A DNA stretch of 63,631 bases, the filler included, from Octopus bimaculoides (lineage: Eukaryota), in assembly GCF_001194135.2 (NCBI RefSeq). It is 4 parts of 2 records of this genome, joined end to end, with 100 filler letters (N's around TTAATTAATTAA, not from the genome) between each part and the next. Parts side by side here need not be neighbours in the genome. Positions count along the whole stretch, not along the records: positions 1 to 21,140 come from NC_068998.1; positions 21,241 to 40,973 come from NC_069000.1; 2 more parts are not named here. The stretch is one strand, 5' to 3'. The translations under genes and the position numbers were made by a program. The notes under the pieces are model-generated. The model saw only the letters and a list, made by a program, of their open reading frames with translations, searched no databases and was not told the DNA's origin. Positions 12,009-23,736 of this stretch are shown here, piece by piece; position 1 is the stretch's first letter, and each line of letters starts with the position of its first letter.

Positions 12009-12830
12009 TTATACAGACAGACAGACAGACAGACAGATAGATAGATACATACATACATACATACATACATTGTTAGACAGACACGAGAATATAACATTAG
12101 CAGCAATGAACCAGTTTTAGTGTGTCCCATATCGTAAAATCTGTAGTAGTTGTTGTAGAAGCAGCAGCAACTGCAAAGGTAGTAGTAGTAGTAATAGTAG
12201 TAGTAGTAGTAGTAGTAGTAGTTGTTGTTGTTGTTGTTGCAACTTAATTACATTAGAAAACACTTTTATTTAGCTGAAACTACATCTGACTCTCGAAATT
12301 GTATTTTCCGAACAGAAATTGAGTGATTAATAAAATTTGGACTTTGTTAATTTTGTTCTTGAACAAGGAAATTGCATCATTTACCAGCAAACAACAACGA
12401 TAAAATAAGTGAAAAAAAAAAAAAACCCCGCGACAACAGCGAAAAACAAACGAGCAAAAGAGAAACACCACAAGAAAACAACAAAAAAAAAAATGAAAAA
12501 CACAACAAAAGCAAGGTGACATCCACAACAATAACATCAACAATGCAACAAGATCGGTGATATCAGGGAAAATAATCTTCCGCTTAACGAACCAAATAAT
12601 GTCAATAATATAAATAATAGTGAGAACAATAAAAAAATTAGGAGTCAAAGAGAGAACCTCTATGTGGTTGCTCAGTATGCTAGAAATAACAGCTAAATTT
12701 CCCTCAAATCATACCTTAGCATCTTTGATAAGGATTTGTTAGGTAATGCATACACAAACACACACACACACACGAAGTAGTTTTGGTGAAACATTGTGAG
12801 GTATAACTTTAAAGAATATAGTTGTATAAG

Positions 12831-13140
12831 CGTAGAAGTGGCTGTGTGGTAAGTAGCTTGCTTACGAACCACATCGCTCCGGGTTCAGTCCCACTGCGTG
12901 GCACCTTGGGCAAGTGTCTTCTACTATAGCCTTGGGCCAACCAAAGCCTTGTGAGTGGATTTGGTAGATGGAAACCGATAGAAACCTGTCATATATATGT
13001 ATATATATGTGTGTGTGTATGTGTTTGTGTGTCTGTGTTTGTCCCCTCAACATCGCTTGACAACCGATGCTGGTGTGTTTACGTCCCCGTAACTTAGCGG
13101 TTCGGCAAAAGAAACCGATAGAATAAGTACTAGGCTTAGT
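12831..13140 (+). mobile_element. tRNA-headed CORE-like SINE with internal (AT)(GT) microsatellite. Other copies ~2995-3155(-), 6058-6240(-), 11672-11815(-), 16703-16875(+), 17270-17410(+), 25115-25345(+), 38130-38600(+), 39282-39570(+), 46530-46910(+), 46930-47255(-), 61645-61800(+)
   Basis: A-box-like tggctgtgtgg, B-box-like ggttcagtccc, followed by ggcaccttgggcaagtgtctt (resembles the CORE/MIR domain). Highly repeated in the window. Confidence 0.88.
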
Positions 13141-15399
13141 ACTCTCATCTTTGTCACTCTCTTCACAATCATTAGCATCCCTGTCATCGATATCATTAAC
13201 AGCGTCCACCTCCTCCTGCTCCTCCTACCGCTCATCACTGCCACCACACCACCGTCATTGTTGTCATCACCACCACAATCATTGTCATCTTAATCAACGA
13301 CGACCACAACACCAACAGTTAAACTGTAAATGCAAAATAAAACGGATTCAATGTAAGTTTTAGAAAATTAAAAAACTTAAAATACGAGGGAAAAAAAAAA
13401 GCAAGCAGACGTTTTATGCAATCATCATAACAGTGACCAAAAGGACAAAACAAAAGAATTTAAACAGAAAAATAGCAAAAACAATTATCAAAAAATAACA
13501 AATATATCCAACATGACCAGACCCTCACAACAAAAAATATAATAAAAACTAACAAAACTAAAAAAAAAAACAATACATTTAAGTACATACATAGAACAAT
13601 AACAACAACGAAACTGCATTTTGCAGAATTATCATTGTCATCATCATTGTTGTCGTCGTCATCATCATCATCATCATTATCATCATCATCAGTGTCATCA
13701 TCACAGCCAACCACATGATGATGATGATGATGATCATCATCCTCTTCATCATCATTGTCATCATTATCATGTCATTTATCATCATCGTCATCACCATTGT
13801 CCTCGTCATCATAACCATCCTCATCATCATCACCATTGTCATCATCACTATCACCATGATCATCATCATCATCATCATCATCATCATTATCATCCTCATG
13901 ACATTGAAAAAGCAGCCTGGGAAAAAACTGATAAAAATTCTCAAATTTGGTTGTTGTGGTCGAGGGGGTGGGATGGTGGTATAGCAAAAAAAAAAAAAAA
14001 ATTCCACCCCCCCCACAAAAAAAAGAAGACAAAATGAGATGATTTATAAATGTTTGTTAATGGATCATTTCCTTTCAGGAAGAAAAAAAAAAGAAAAAAG
14101 ACTCTATTTCCTTGGCTTTGTGCAGCAGGTCTAATAATCTGCCACCCATTCCCTCCTCTCCCTTCCTGGCCAACTCCCCACCACCTGTCCACCCCACAAT
14201 ACTCTCAATTCTGCCACAGCAGCATGTGAGGTGTCATCGTTTAATGTGCAAGGCATAAACTCTAAAAACGGTATCGGAAATATTTCCTCGTGAAAGTGAT
14301 TTATCGATTCCTGCTCGACCCCCCCCCACCTCTCCTCCTCTCTCTCTCTCTCTTTCTCTTTCTCTTTCTCTCATTAAGAACGGCTAAAGGTCGGCCATCT
14401 TGTTCACCACCGTTGACAACTTTCGGTGGAAAACTCGGGAGTCTTGACTCGAAACTTCGACATGTGTTGTAACATGTGATCGCAGTCACTGACAATTAGA
14501 ATTGATTTACAGGTGCTTGCTGTACACTGGTGGTGGTGGTTGTGGTAGGTGCGATGGTGGTGGTGATGTTGGTGGTTGAGGATGGTTGGGGATTGTGGAA
14601 AGGACAGTCTCGATGCAGATTATTGTGGTGGTGCTGGTGGTGGCCATGACAGTGGTCGTTGATGATGGTGGTGGTGGTGGTGGTGATGGTGGTGGTGCTG
14701 GTGGTTGCCGNNNNNNNNNNNNNNNNNNNNNNNNNNNNNNNNNNNNNNNNNNNNNNNNNNNNNNNNNNNNNNNNNNNNNNNNNNNNNNNNNNNNNNNNNN
14801 NNNNNNNNNNNNNNNNNNNNNNNNNNNNNNNNNNNNNNNNNNNNNNNNNNNNNNNNNNNNNNNNNNNNNNNNNNNNNNNNNNNNNNNNNNNNNNNNNNNN
14901 NNNNNNNNNNNNNNNNNNNNNNNNNNNNNNNNNNNNNNNNNNNNNNNNNNNNNNNNNNNNNNNNNNNNNNNNNNNNNNNNNNNNNNNNNNNNNNNNNNNN
15001 NNNNNNNNNNNNNNNNNNNNNNNNNNNNNNNNNNNNNNNNNNNNNNNNNNNNNNNNNNNNNNNNNNNNNNNNNNNNNNNNNNNNNNNNNNNNNNNNNNNN
15101 NNNNNNNNNNNNNNNNNNNNNNNNNNNNNNNNNNNNNNNNNNNNNNNNNNNNNNNNNNNNNNNNNNNNNNNNNNNNNNNNNNNNNNNNNNNNNNNNNNNN
15201 NNNNNNNNNNNNNNNNNNNNNNNNNNNNNNNNNNNNNNNNNNNNNNNNNNNNNNNNNNNNNNNNNNNNNNNNNNNNNNNNNNNNNNNNNNNNNNNNNNNN
15301 NNNNNNNNNNNNNNNNNNNNNNNNNNNNNNNNNNNNNNNNNNNNNNNNNNNNNNNNNNNNNNNNNNNNNNNNNNNNNNNNNNNNNNNNNNNNNNNNNNN

Positions 15400-15448
<49 letters not shown>

Positions 15449-15937
15449 TCTCTCTCTCCCACTCTCTCTCTCTTATCCAACAGGGCTAGCCACGTAATCT
15501 CCTCTGCAGCAAGACACTTACCTCTATCCCTCTATTTTTTTTTATTAACTTCTCATCACCTCACATAAAGCAACCTCCCTTAATATTGCTCTTCCTCCCA
15601 GTTAAGGGCTCATCATCTGGCAAGTTACTTGGTGACCCTACCAGAGCTGGTGCCACATGAAAAGCACCAAATACACTCTGCAAAGTGGTTGGCATTAAGA
15701 GGGCCATCCAGCCATAGAAACCATGCCAAAGCTGACAATAGAGCTTGGTGCAATCTCCTGGCTTGTCAGCTCTTGTCAAACCATCCAAACCATTGAAAAG
15801 GAATGTTAAATGAAGATGATGATGATGATATGCCTAAACAAGAAGCTTTTGTAAGCTTTCATTCTTTTTTTTTACCTTTTTGCGTTTGTTCTAAATTATT
15901 TTCTTCATATTTTCTCTCCTGAAACATTTTATCAAAG

Positions 15938-16049
15938 GAAATACAATACAATGGCTACCGGTTTCCTGCTCAAATGGACACTGTTCATGCTGTTTCGAAA
16001 GTGCTTAACCAAAAACCTAATAAGTTACGCACCAAGGATTTAAAAAACA
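15938..16049 (+). CDS. CFAP221: CFAP221/PCDP1 homolog, internal exon (phase 0 to 1)
   Basis: ttttatcaaag|GAA...AACA|gtaagg. Translates EIQYNGYRFPAQMDTVHAVSKVLNQKPNKLRTKDLKN, versus recalled human EIEYQNLRFPVDLSNPFAVATVLNQEPGKLKIKELRE. Confidence 0.9.
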
Positions 16050-17876
16050 GTAAGGAACCTCTATATTATTATATCATTCTTAAATGCTTCTGATCTGATA
16101 ATATTCTCCTGTGTCTTTCATTTTGCCATATCTGATAAACCGCAAAACACAGTTGATCCATNNNNNNNNNNNNNNNNNNNNNNNNNNNNNNNNNNNNNNN
16201 NNNNNNNNNNNNNNNNNNNNNNNNNNNNNNNNNNNNNNNNNNNNNNNNNNNNNNNNNNNNNNNNNNNNNNNNNNNNNNNNNNNNNNNNNNNNNNNNNNNN
16301 NNNNNNNNNNNNNNNNNNNNNNNNNNNNNNNNNNNNNNNNNNNNNNNNNNNNNNNNNNNNNNNNNNNNNNNNNNNNNNNNNNNNNNNNNNNNNNNNNNNN
16401 NNNNNNNNNNNNNNNNNNNNNNNNNNNNNNNNNNNNNNNNNNNNNNNNNNNNNNNNNNNNNNNNNNNNNNNNNNNNNNNNNNNNNNNNNNNNNNNNNNNN
16501 NNNNNNNNNNNNNNNNNNNNNNNNNNNNNNNNNNNNNNNNNNNNNNNNNNNNNNNNNNNNNNNNNNNNNNNNNNNNNNNNNNNNNNNNNNNNNNNNNNNN
16601 NNNNNNNNNNNNNNNNNNNNNNNNNNNNNNNNNNNNNNNNNNNNNNNNNNNNNNNNNNNNNNNNNNNNNNNNNNNNNNNNNNNNNNNNNNNNNNNNNNNN
16701 NNTTGACAACCGATGGTGGTGTGTTTACGTCCCCGTAACTTAGTGGTTCGGCAAAAGAGACTGATAGAATAAGTACTAGGCTTCCAAAGAATAAGTCCTG
16801 GGGTCAATTTGCTCGACTAATGGCGGTGCTCCAGCATAGCCGCAGTCAAATGACTGAAACAAGTAAAAGAGTAAAAGAGTATATATACACACCCAATTTA
16901 TATATATATTTATGTGATGTCAGAAACATATTTAGAAGGAAAACATGTCTGGTGTTGAGTAGATCCAGATTCGTTGAGAGTAAAAACGATAGATATAAAA
17001 GAATGTAATTGAAATCGGACGGAAATTGAAGCAAATATATTCGTCTCGTTTTATTTAATGTCAACATGTATTCTCATTGATATTATCATCTCCTGAATTC
17101 ATTAGAGATTCACAGAAATCCGATTTGGTGTAGACAGATGCTTCCCTTTCATACTGACCAAATAAATTGGATTTCGCTGTATTAATGTTGAAGAAATGAT
17201 TGAGAAGAAGAACCAACCAGGTAGATCATTGGTGAAGCAAAATTGCCGTGTTTCATAATGTAACTATTAAAGAGGCATGGCTGTGTGGTAAGACGGTTGT
17301 TTCTCAACCACATGGTTCTGGGTTCAGTCCTACGGCATGGCACCTTGGGCAAAGTGTCGTCTACTATAGCCCTATGCTGACGAAAATGTTGTGTGTGGTT
17401 TTGGTAAACAAAAACAATTATATATCTGCTATATCAGATTTCTGATATAGCAGATATATAATGGCTGCACCAGGCTCCAATCTGATCTGGCAGAGTGGAG
17501 CCTGGTGCAGCCATCTGGCTCACCAGTCCCCAGTCAAACCATCCAACCCATGCCAGCATGGAAAGCAGACGTTAAACGATGATGATGATGATGATGATGA
17601 TGATATCTATATGTATGTATATATATATATATATATCTATATATATATNNNNNNNNNNNNNNNNNNNNNNNNNNNNNNNNNNNNNNNNNNNNNNNNNNNN
17701 NNNNNNNNNNNNNNNNNNNNNNNNNNNNNNNNNNNNNNNNNNNNNNNNNNNNNNNNNNNNNNNNNNNNNNNNNNNNNNNNNNNNNNNNNNNNNNNNNNNN
17801 NNNNNNNNNNNNNNNNNNNNNNNNNNNNNNNNNNNNNNNNNNNNNNNATATATTGTTGTATATGTTAAAACCTTAT

Positions 17877-18107
17877 TTAGCCCCTTTAACATTCAGACTC
17901 CCTCTGTCAAATGTAATGCTTATTCATTCTCATTGTCATGAATTAATTATGCATTATCTCATAACTTCAAGATTTCAAAGACAAAAATAAAAACTTTTAG
18001 AATGACATTGTAGGGTAGGTGTAAGAGGCCAGCTTCTGACAGTTTGAACATAAGACAGGTAGAAAAGTTTTGACCATATGTGGCCGGTTTAAGCGCTAAA
18101 TGGTTAA
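17877..18107. mobile_element. piggyBac-like MITE relic
   Basis: Degenerate TIRs tt(a)gccccttta... and ...gctaaatggttaa ending in TTAA; ~230 bp, non-coding. Confidence 0.5.
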
Positions 18108-18248
18108 CATCTGTATTGTGTAAATGTTATGCATTAACTTCGTTTATTTGGTAATTTAGTATGCTAATTTAGTATGCTAATTTTTTGTTTACGTGTTTTG
18201 GAAGTGTCTCATACTTTATAATGGTTTATTGATTTTTTTCTTTTAAAG

Positions 18249-18295
18249 TTTTGTGGAAAGGAAAACAGAATGATAGTGAGTCAAGGCAGGTTAAG
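18249..18295 (+). CDS. CFAP221: CFAP221/PCDP1 homolog, 47-nt exon (phase 1 to 0)
   Basis: tttttttcttttaaag|TT...GTTAAG|gtaagt. (I)LWKGKQNDSESRQVK versus recalled human VLDQGTEISKTRQMK; phases fit both neighbours. Confidence 0.82.
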
Positions 18296-18486
18296 GTAAG
18301 TGGAAGCTTAACTCTGATGATTGAGTGGGATTTTTAAATGCTTTGATGCCATTTGGACTGAACCAGGAAATGAGTGTGCGTGTGTGTGTGTGAGAGAGAG
18401 AGGGGGGAGATGGAGAGAGAGAGAAGAAAGAGAATGAAAGAGAAAGTGAGAGGAAAAGAGATGGGGAGAAAAAGAGGAAGAAAGAG

Positions 18487-18538
<52 letters not shown>

Positions 18539-18810
18539 ACGTGAATGAAACAGAGAGTAAGAGAAACCCCACAGCCACTCCTGTGCCTATGGTTTTAATA
18601 AAAGAAAGCATACGTGGTATACAGAATTACCAAAAGTAATGAATGCAAGTATACAAGGTATAGAGCAAACCTCCTGATATTGGGGGACTTGTAGGGTCAA
18701 TCAAGGAACCCCACTGTCCTTGAACATTAGGACCAAGTTCCCTCTTCAACTTTTACTCTCTCACTTATGGAATAATGATATTAATAATGCACCAAAATGT
18801 TCTAATTAAG

Positions 18811-18976
18811 ACAGTTACCTTTGAGAACTCCATACAACAGCTGATCAAAGAAGAACGGCAAAACCAACTGCGTTGGCAGAAGAAGGTTGGTGACGATGCC
18901 ATGAGTGCAGAATCAAAGATCATTGAACAGGAATATTGGAAACAGCTCTGGGNNNNNNNNNNTTACAAAAAATAAG
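18811..18976 (+). CDS. CFAP221: CFAP221/PCDP1 homolog, internal exon containing a 10-N gap
   Basis: ctaattaag|ACA: TVTFENSIQQLIKEERQNQLRWQKKVGDDAMSAESKIIEQEYWKQLW, versus recalled human EALFEQKVRQDIHEEMENHLKWQVHLGKDPMSFKLKKELTEEWQKA. Probable donor AAG|gtattc after the gap; gap length uncertain, so the 3' frame is inferred. Confidence 0.85.
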
Positions 18977-19261
18977 GTATTCAGAGATCTAGATGGTTGT
19001 ACAAATCACAGATAAGTACTTTCATCTACTCTAATAGATTCTTCAGATTTAAATTTTGTGAAGGGATTTGTCACTTTTTATAGTATTAGTGAATTGTCTG
19101 TTGTGGCATGGTTTCTACAGCTGAATGCCCTTCCTAGCATCAACCATTTTACAGAGTGTGCCGAGTGCTTTACACACACACACACACATACATGATGGAC
19201 TTCATCAAATGCACTCAATATGCTTAGCCTATGGCCAGAGTAGAAGACATTCACCCATGGT

Positions 19262-19515
19262 TAGGTAATGGTAAAGTTACCTTCTCAAATTGTGCTGACT
19301 CATAAGGGCTGGTTTCAGTGGCGTATATATTCTGCACCTGGATGAAATGATAGTCTCTCACAGGATTACTTCCTTTTGCCAGCTGAGTGGACTAGAGCAA
19401 CGTGAAATGAAGTGTTTTTGCTCAAAAACACAATGTGTTGCCCAGTCCAGGAATCGAAACTGCAATCTTACAATCGCGAGTTTAACACCCTAACAACTAA
19501 GCCACGTGCCTCCAC
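19262..19515 (-). mobile_element. tRNA-derived SINE (different family); related heads/bodies at ~42262-42440(+) and 21241-21510(+)
   Basis: Minus-strand head gtggcttagttgttaggg...gtttcgattcc, then ttgtgtttttgagcaaaaacac. 42262 has tggcccagtggtt...gtttcgattccc and shares ctccacgag.ctcc.gcaggg.atggtggcga.ccctg with 21241. Confidence 0.72.
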
Positions 19516-19694
19516 TACTCACCCACGGTGGCATGTGCTGGGACTGAACCCAAAACCATGTGGCTGGGAAGCAATCTTCTTAACCACACATCCATGCTTG
19601 CATCTGTTATACATTTTTGTTTTTTTTATTTTTGTGCCTAAGAATGATTTTTTGGTGAATTCAGATTTTCCCTGTTTTGCTTCTTTCGTTATAG

Positions 19695-19775
19695 TCCCGA
19701 TTCAACCATGATCCTCAAAACTATTCCCTTGAGACTGAGCAGATTTATAGAAGAACAATGCGCATATATGACGAT
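19695..19775 (+). CDS. CFAP221: CFAP221/PCDP1 homolog, internal exon (phase 0 to 0); last exon detectable
   Basis: ttctttcgttatag|TCC...GAT|gtaagt; 27 codons SRFNHDPQNYSLETEQIYRRTMRIYDD, collinear with recalled human LDRGDPILDEEFQRLKTEVSHKRVVRNQEE. Confidence 0.75.
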
Positions 19776-19787
19776 GTAAGTCTTTTA

Positions 19788-20101
19788 AGTTCTATATTTG
19801 AGAGATGAGGAATTATGTACATTATTTACATTATTTACATTTGATGGATATTTGTCCTCAACTTGTTTGTTGTTAGCACAACGTTTCGGCTGGTATACCC
19901 TCCAGCCTTCATCAGGTGTCTTGGGGAAATTTCGAACCTGGCTTCTCATTCCTAAGGTATTTTTTTGATGTTGTTATTATTATTATCTTACAGGTCACTG
20001 CCTGGAATTGAACTCGGAATCCTGGGGTTAGTAGCCCGTGTTCTTAACCACTACACCGGACTACTAACCCCAAGAGTTTGATTCCAGGCAGTGATCTGAA
20101 T

Positions 20102-20138
<37 letters not shown>

Positions 20139-20341
20139 GTTTAACGTCCGCTTTCCATGCTAGCAAGGGTTGGACGATTTGACTGAGGCCTGGTGAACCA
20201 GATGGCTACACCAGGCTCGAATCTGATTTGGCAGAGTTTCTACAGCTGGATACCCTTCCTAACGTCATGATAATAATAATAGTAATAATAACAACATCGA
20301 AAAAATACCTTAGGAATGAGAACCTAGGTTCGAAATTTCCC
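19788..20341. mobile_element. Head-to-head inverted pair of Penelope-type terminal repeats (tRNA-like segment, (TAA)n, hammerhead), with a SINE nested in the right copy
   Basis: 19788-20055(-) is collinear with 56761-57057. 20058-20104 and 20266-20341 are the same sequence on +, interrupted by the 20105-20265 (CAT)n-tailed SINE. Confidence 0.8.
19875..19920 (-). ncRNA. Minimal type I hammerhead motif
   Basis: Minus strand gacac-CTGATGA-a-ggctgg(agggtata)ccagcc-GAAA-cg-TT-gtgct; palindromic ACGU stem III; one extra A before stem II. Confidence 0.68.
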
Positions 20342-20870
20342 ACATACAATGACTACACACGCACATACAATACACACACATACACACACACATCTGTGTA
20401 TGTGCATGCATGATGTGTACATGTATGTGTGTGCGTGGACATGAAATTTCAGATTATGCTGTTAAAAAAAAAAAATTTTAGGAAAAAAATGTATGTTTGA
20501 AAATTAAAGACACGAAGTAACTCATTTTTCGGGCTGCACTCATTGGCCAAAATGATGGAAGAATCTGGTGGAAAGGAAAATGGTAATTCCTACTGAAGCN
20601 NNNNNNNNNGGGTGGGTGGTTCTTTCTTTTGTTTCATGTATGTGTAATGTATGTGTAAATATGCATATACGTGCACGCATACACTTGTATTTATATCTAT
20701 CTATCTATCTATATATATATTTATTTATATATATATATATATGTATACACATACACACACAAATACAAGCGCATATATACATACATGCATATATATATAT
20801 GTATGTACATATATGCATAGAGATATATGTACACATAAATATATATGAATTTTATACATACATATGTGTT

Positions 20871-20916
<46 letters not shown>

Positions 20917-21109
20917 TATATGTATGTATACACAAACATATACATATATATGTGCATGTGCATGTGTGTACACACATACACACACACACGCACACATTTA
21001 TATGCATACATGCACATACATGTGTGCATGCATATATATATATGTATATGTATAGATATATTTATGTGTGTAAAATGTGTGTATATATGTGTGTGTTTAT
21101 ACATATATG

Positions 21110-21140
<31 letters not shown>

Positions 21141-21240
21141 NNNNNNNNNNNNNNNNNNNNNNNNNNNNNNNNNNNNNNNNNNNNTTAATTAATTAANNNN
21201 NNNNNNNNNNNNNNNNNNNNNNNNNNNNNNNNNNNNNNNN
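21141..21240. other. Artificial scaffold spacer N44-TTAATTAATTAA-N44
   Basis: Exact 44+12+44 = 100 nt; the 12-mer has stops in all six frames; occurs three times identically. Confidence 0.97.
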
Positions 21241-22668
21241 ACGAGGCTGCGGCAGGGGATGGTGGCGAACCCTGCTGTACTCTTTCTCTCACTCTTACTT
21301 CCTGTTTCTGTTGTGCCTGTAATGCAAAAGGGTCAGCCTTGTCACACTGTGTCACGCTGAATATCCCCGAGAACTGCGTTAAGGGTACACGTGTCTGTGA
21401 AGTGCTCAGCCACTTGCACGTTAATTTCACGAGCAGGCTGTTCTGTTGATCGGATCAACCGGAACCCTTGACGTCGTAAGCGACGGAATGCCAACAACAA
21501 CAACAATAAATCAGGGAATATTAGGAATTAGACGTAAAAATAAAAGATCACCCATACTCCCAAATGCATTTCCTCTTGTTATCAGGTTGCTGCTCAAACA
21601 TTAGGTATTTCTTTTTGAACAAACATTTGTTTGCTACACTTGAATTCGGGTCACCCCTCACAAACAGACTTGGAGTTTTGCTCTTTGGCAAATTGAATAG
21701 GATGACACAAAAGACATTGCCGAACCACGTGATGCACTTCAGTGAGTACAAGTACATATGATTAACAGTAAAAGCAAAAGGAACTTAGTGGTTAATTTCT
21801 CTGAAGCTATTAATAAGTTTACCTCTTTAGCTTATTCACTACCTAACTTAGACGATATAGTTAAGAAGATATCTTCTTGCAAGTTTTTAATACTATTGAC
21901 TTACGTAGCGCGTACTTGAAGACCAACCGTTAGTCCAAGAAGTTATACTATTGTAATCAAATCTCCGGTGTACTGAAATCTGTTTTCTTGTAGTCGAGAA
22001 GGTATCATATCAATTAGGAACTTACAGCCGTCAGAAGATACCCCAGATATAGTTGTGTTGTGTTACATTACAATGATATCTAAATTATTACTATCGTAGC
22101 AGGCGGTCACTGCTTCGGTGCAAACGTACTAATTTCGCTCTTATAAACAGAATTGCGTGTTTTCAATGCATTATAATCAATCTCAGTTGTAGAAATGAAT
22201 TGAAAGGAGCGTACGCCTATTTGAATGATGGCATTACATATACTAATTCAATAGACAAATAATACCTATTTATTTAAATTTGTTTGCTCGTAAATCAATT
22301 TCGACACTAAATAATGATGAGAGCAAATTTTCTACTGAATTATCTGCATTCTAGGTCATCAAATTAGACACAACGAATTCGAATTACCTCATGACATCCT
22401 CATATTTAATTCCGCTTGAAGAAATTGCCGTGCCTACAAATAAACAACACACTTCTCTTATTAATGGGTGGTTTGCATATTATTCCCGATCGGTTCCTAG
22501 ATTCTCTAAAAACAAAACACCTTTGTGGAATTGGTATCGGTAATGGTGAGTTCGTGCTCTGCACAGAGAAGGAAATTTTATGCCATTGCTATCAGTTTTT
22601 CCCTGGCGCTCGATTCCAGGAATTTGTATTTCTCCCTACTTTGTAGACAATAAGGTGCCAGGGTTCTA

Positions 22669-22887
22669 GGAAAGTTTGCCGCAAACATTTTTGCCGCAGG
22701 AAAATTTATCTCAGGACTTTTGGCCGTAGGAAAGTTCGCCGCAAGACAAAAGTGAAATTGTTTCCCTTGGTCTATAATTGTTCCAACCGATAAGAAAGGG
22801 TAAAGTAATTTCTCAACTCATTTAAATTCTCTTTATTCATTCGACAATATTTTTCTGTGTAACAAACATGTTTGCGGCAAACTTTCC
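22669..22887. mobile_element. ~220-bp inverted-repeat element (MITE or Mutator-like subterminal region)
   Basis: Perfect 20-bp inverted repeats ggaaagtttgccgcaaacat / atgtttgcggcaaactttcc, with internal degenerate copies of ggaaagttcgccgc. Confidence 0.65.
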
Positions 22888-23651
22888 GGATACGATATAT
22901 ATATATATATATATATANNNNNNNNNNNNNNNNNNNNNNNNNNNNNNNNNNNNNNNNNNNNNNNNNNNNNNNNNNNNNNNNNNNNNNNNNNNNNNNNNNN
23001 NNNNNNNNNNNNNNNNNNNNNNNNNNNNNNNNNNNNNNNNNNNNNNNNNNNNNNNNNNNNNNNNNNNNNNNNNAGATGCCAGTATTTGAACTTGCGTCCT
23101 TGTGTTTGTTTTTTCTGGTAGATGTTGGTATTGGTGATGGTGAGGTCGTGCTCTGGACAGAGAAGGAAGTTTGTTGCCATTGCTATCAGTTTTTTCCCAG
23201 TCGCTTGACTCTAGGAATTTATATTTCTCTTTACACTGACATTAAAATCGTCCGTTGGGATTGCTTTGTCTTGTTTGGGTACGTTACTTATTGCTTGATT
23301 TAATGCTCGATAGAAGCGATTTTGTTTTGCCGATCAGAGACGAACCTTAACTACACATTCAGTAACGTAACACTGTGATTCTCTGTAATGAGAATACGAA
23401 GTAACATCAGCCTGTTGCTATCACAGCCAGTTTATATAGTAGACCTGTTTCCCCACAACATGACCGACATCATGCCAGCGCTACACTCTTTTAACCCTTC
23501 CAGAAGGCATAACCTTCTTCAAGCTCATTAAAAGAACTTTCACCAAGTAGCTTGGTTTTACTGAGTGCAATAATATCTACACTGGAATGCCTCAAATATA
23601 CATGCATCTACATATATGCATACACACACCCACACACACACACATATACGA

Positions 23652-23736
<85 letters not shown>

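Noticed and set aside
18249-18295. Alternative frame FCGKENRMIVSQGRL looked like a CUB-domain motif
   Set aside because: The other open frame fits the CFAP221 phases and sequence (ESRQVK vs KTRQMK).
18811-18952. QLRW motif first suggested a LINE RT C-terminus (QLRWFGHV)
   Set aside because: The whole segment aligns better and collinearly with CFAP221 and has proper splice sites.
23419-23440. tatcacagccagttt resembles the mature miR-2 family 5' sequence
   Set aside because: The 3' half diverges and no complementary 5' arm lies at pre-miRNA distance.
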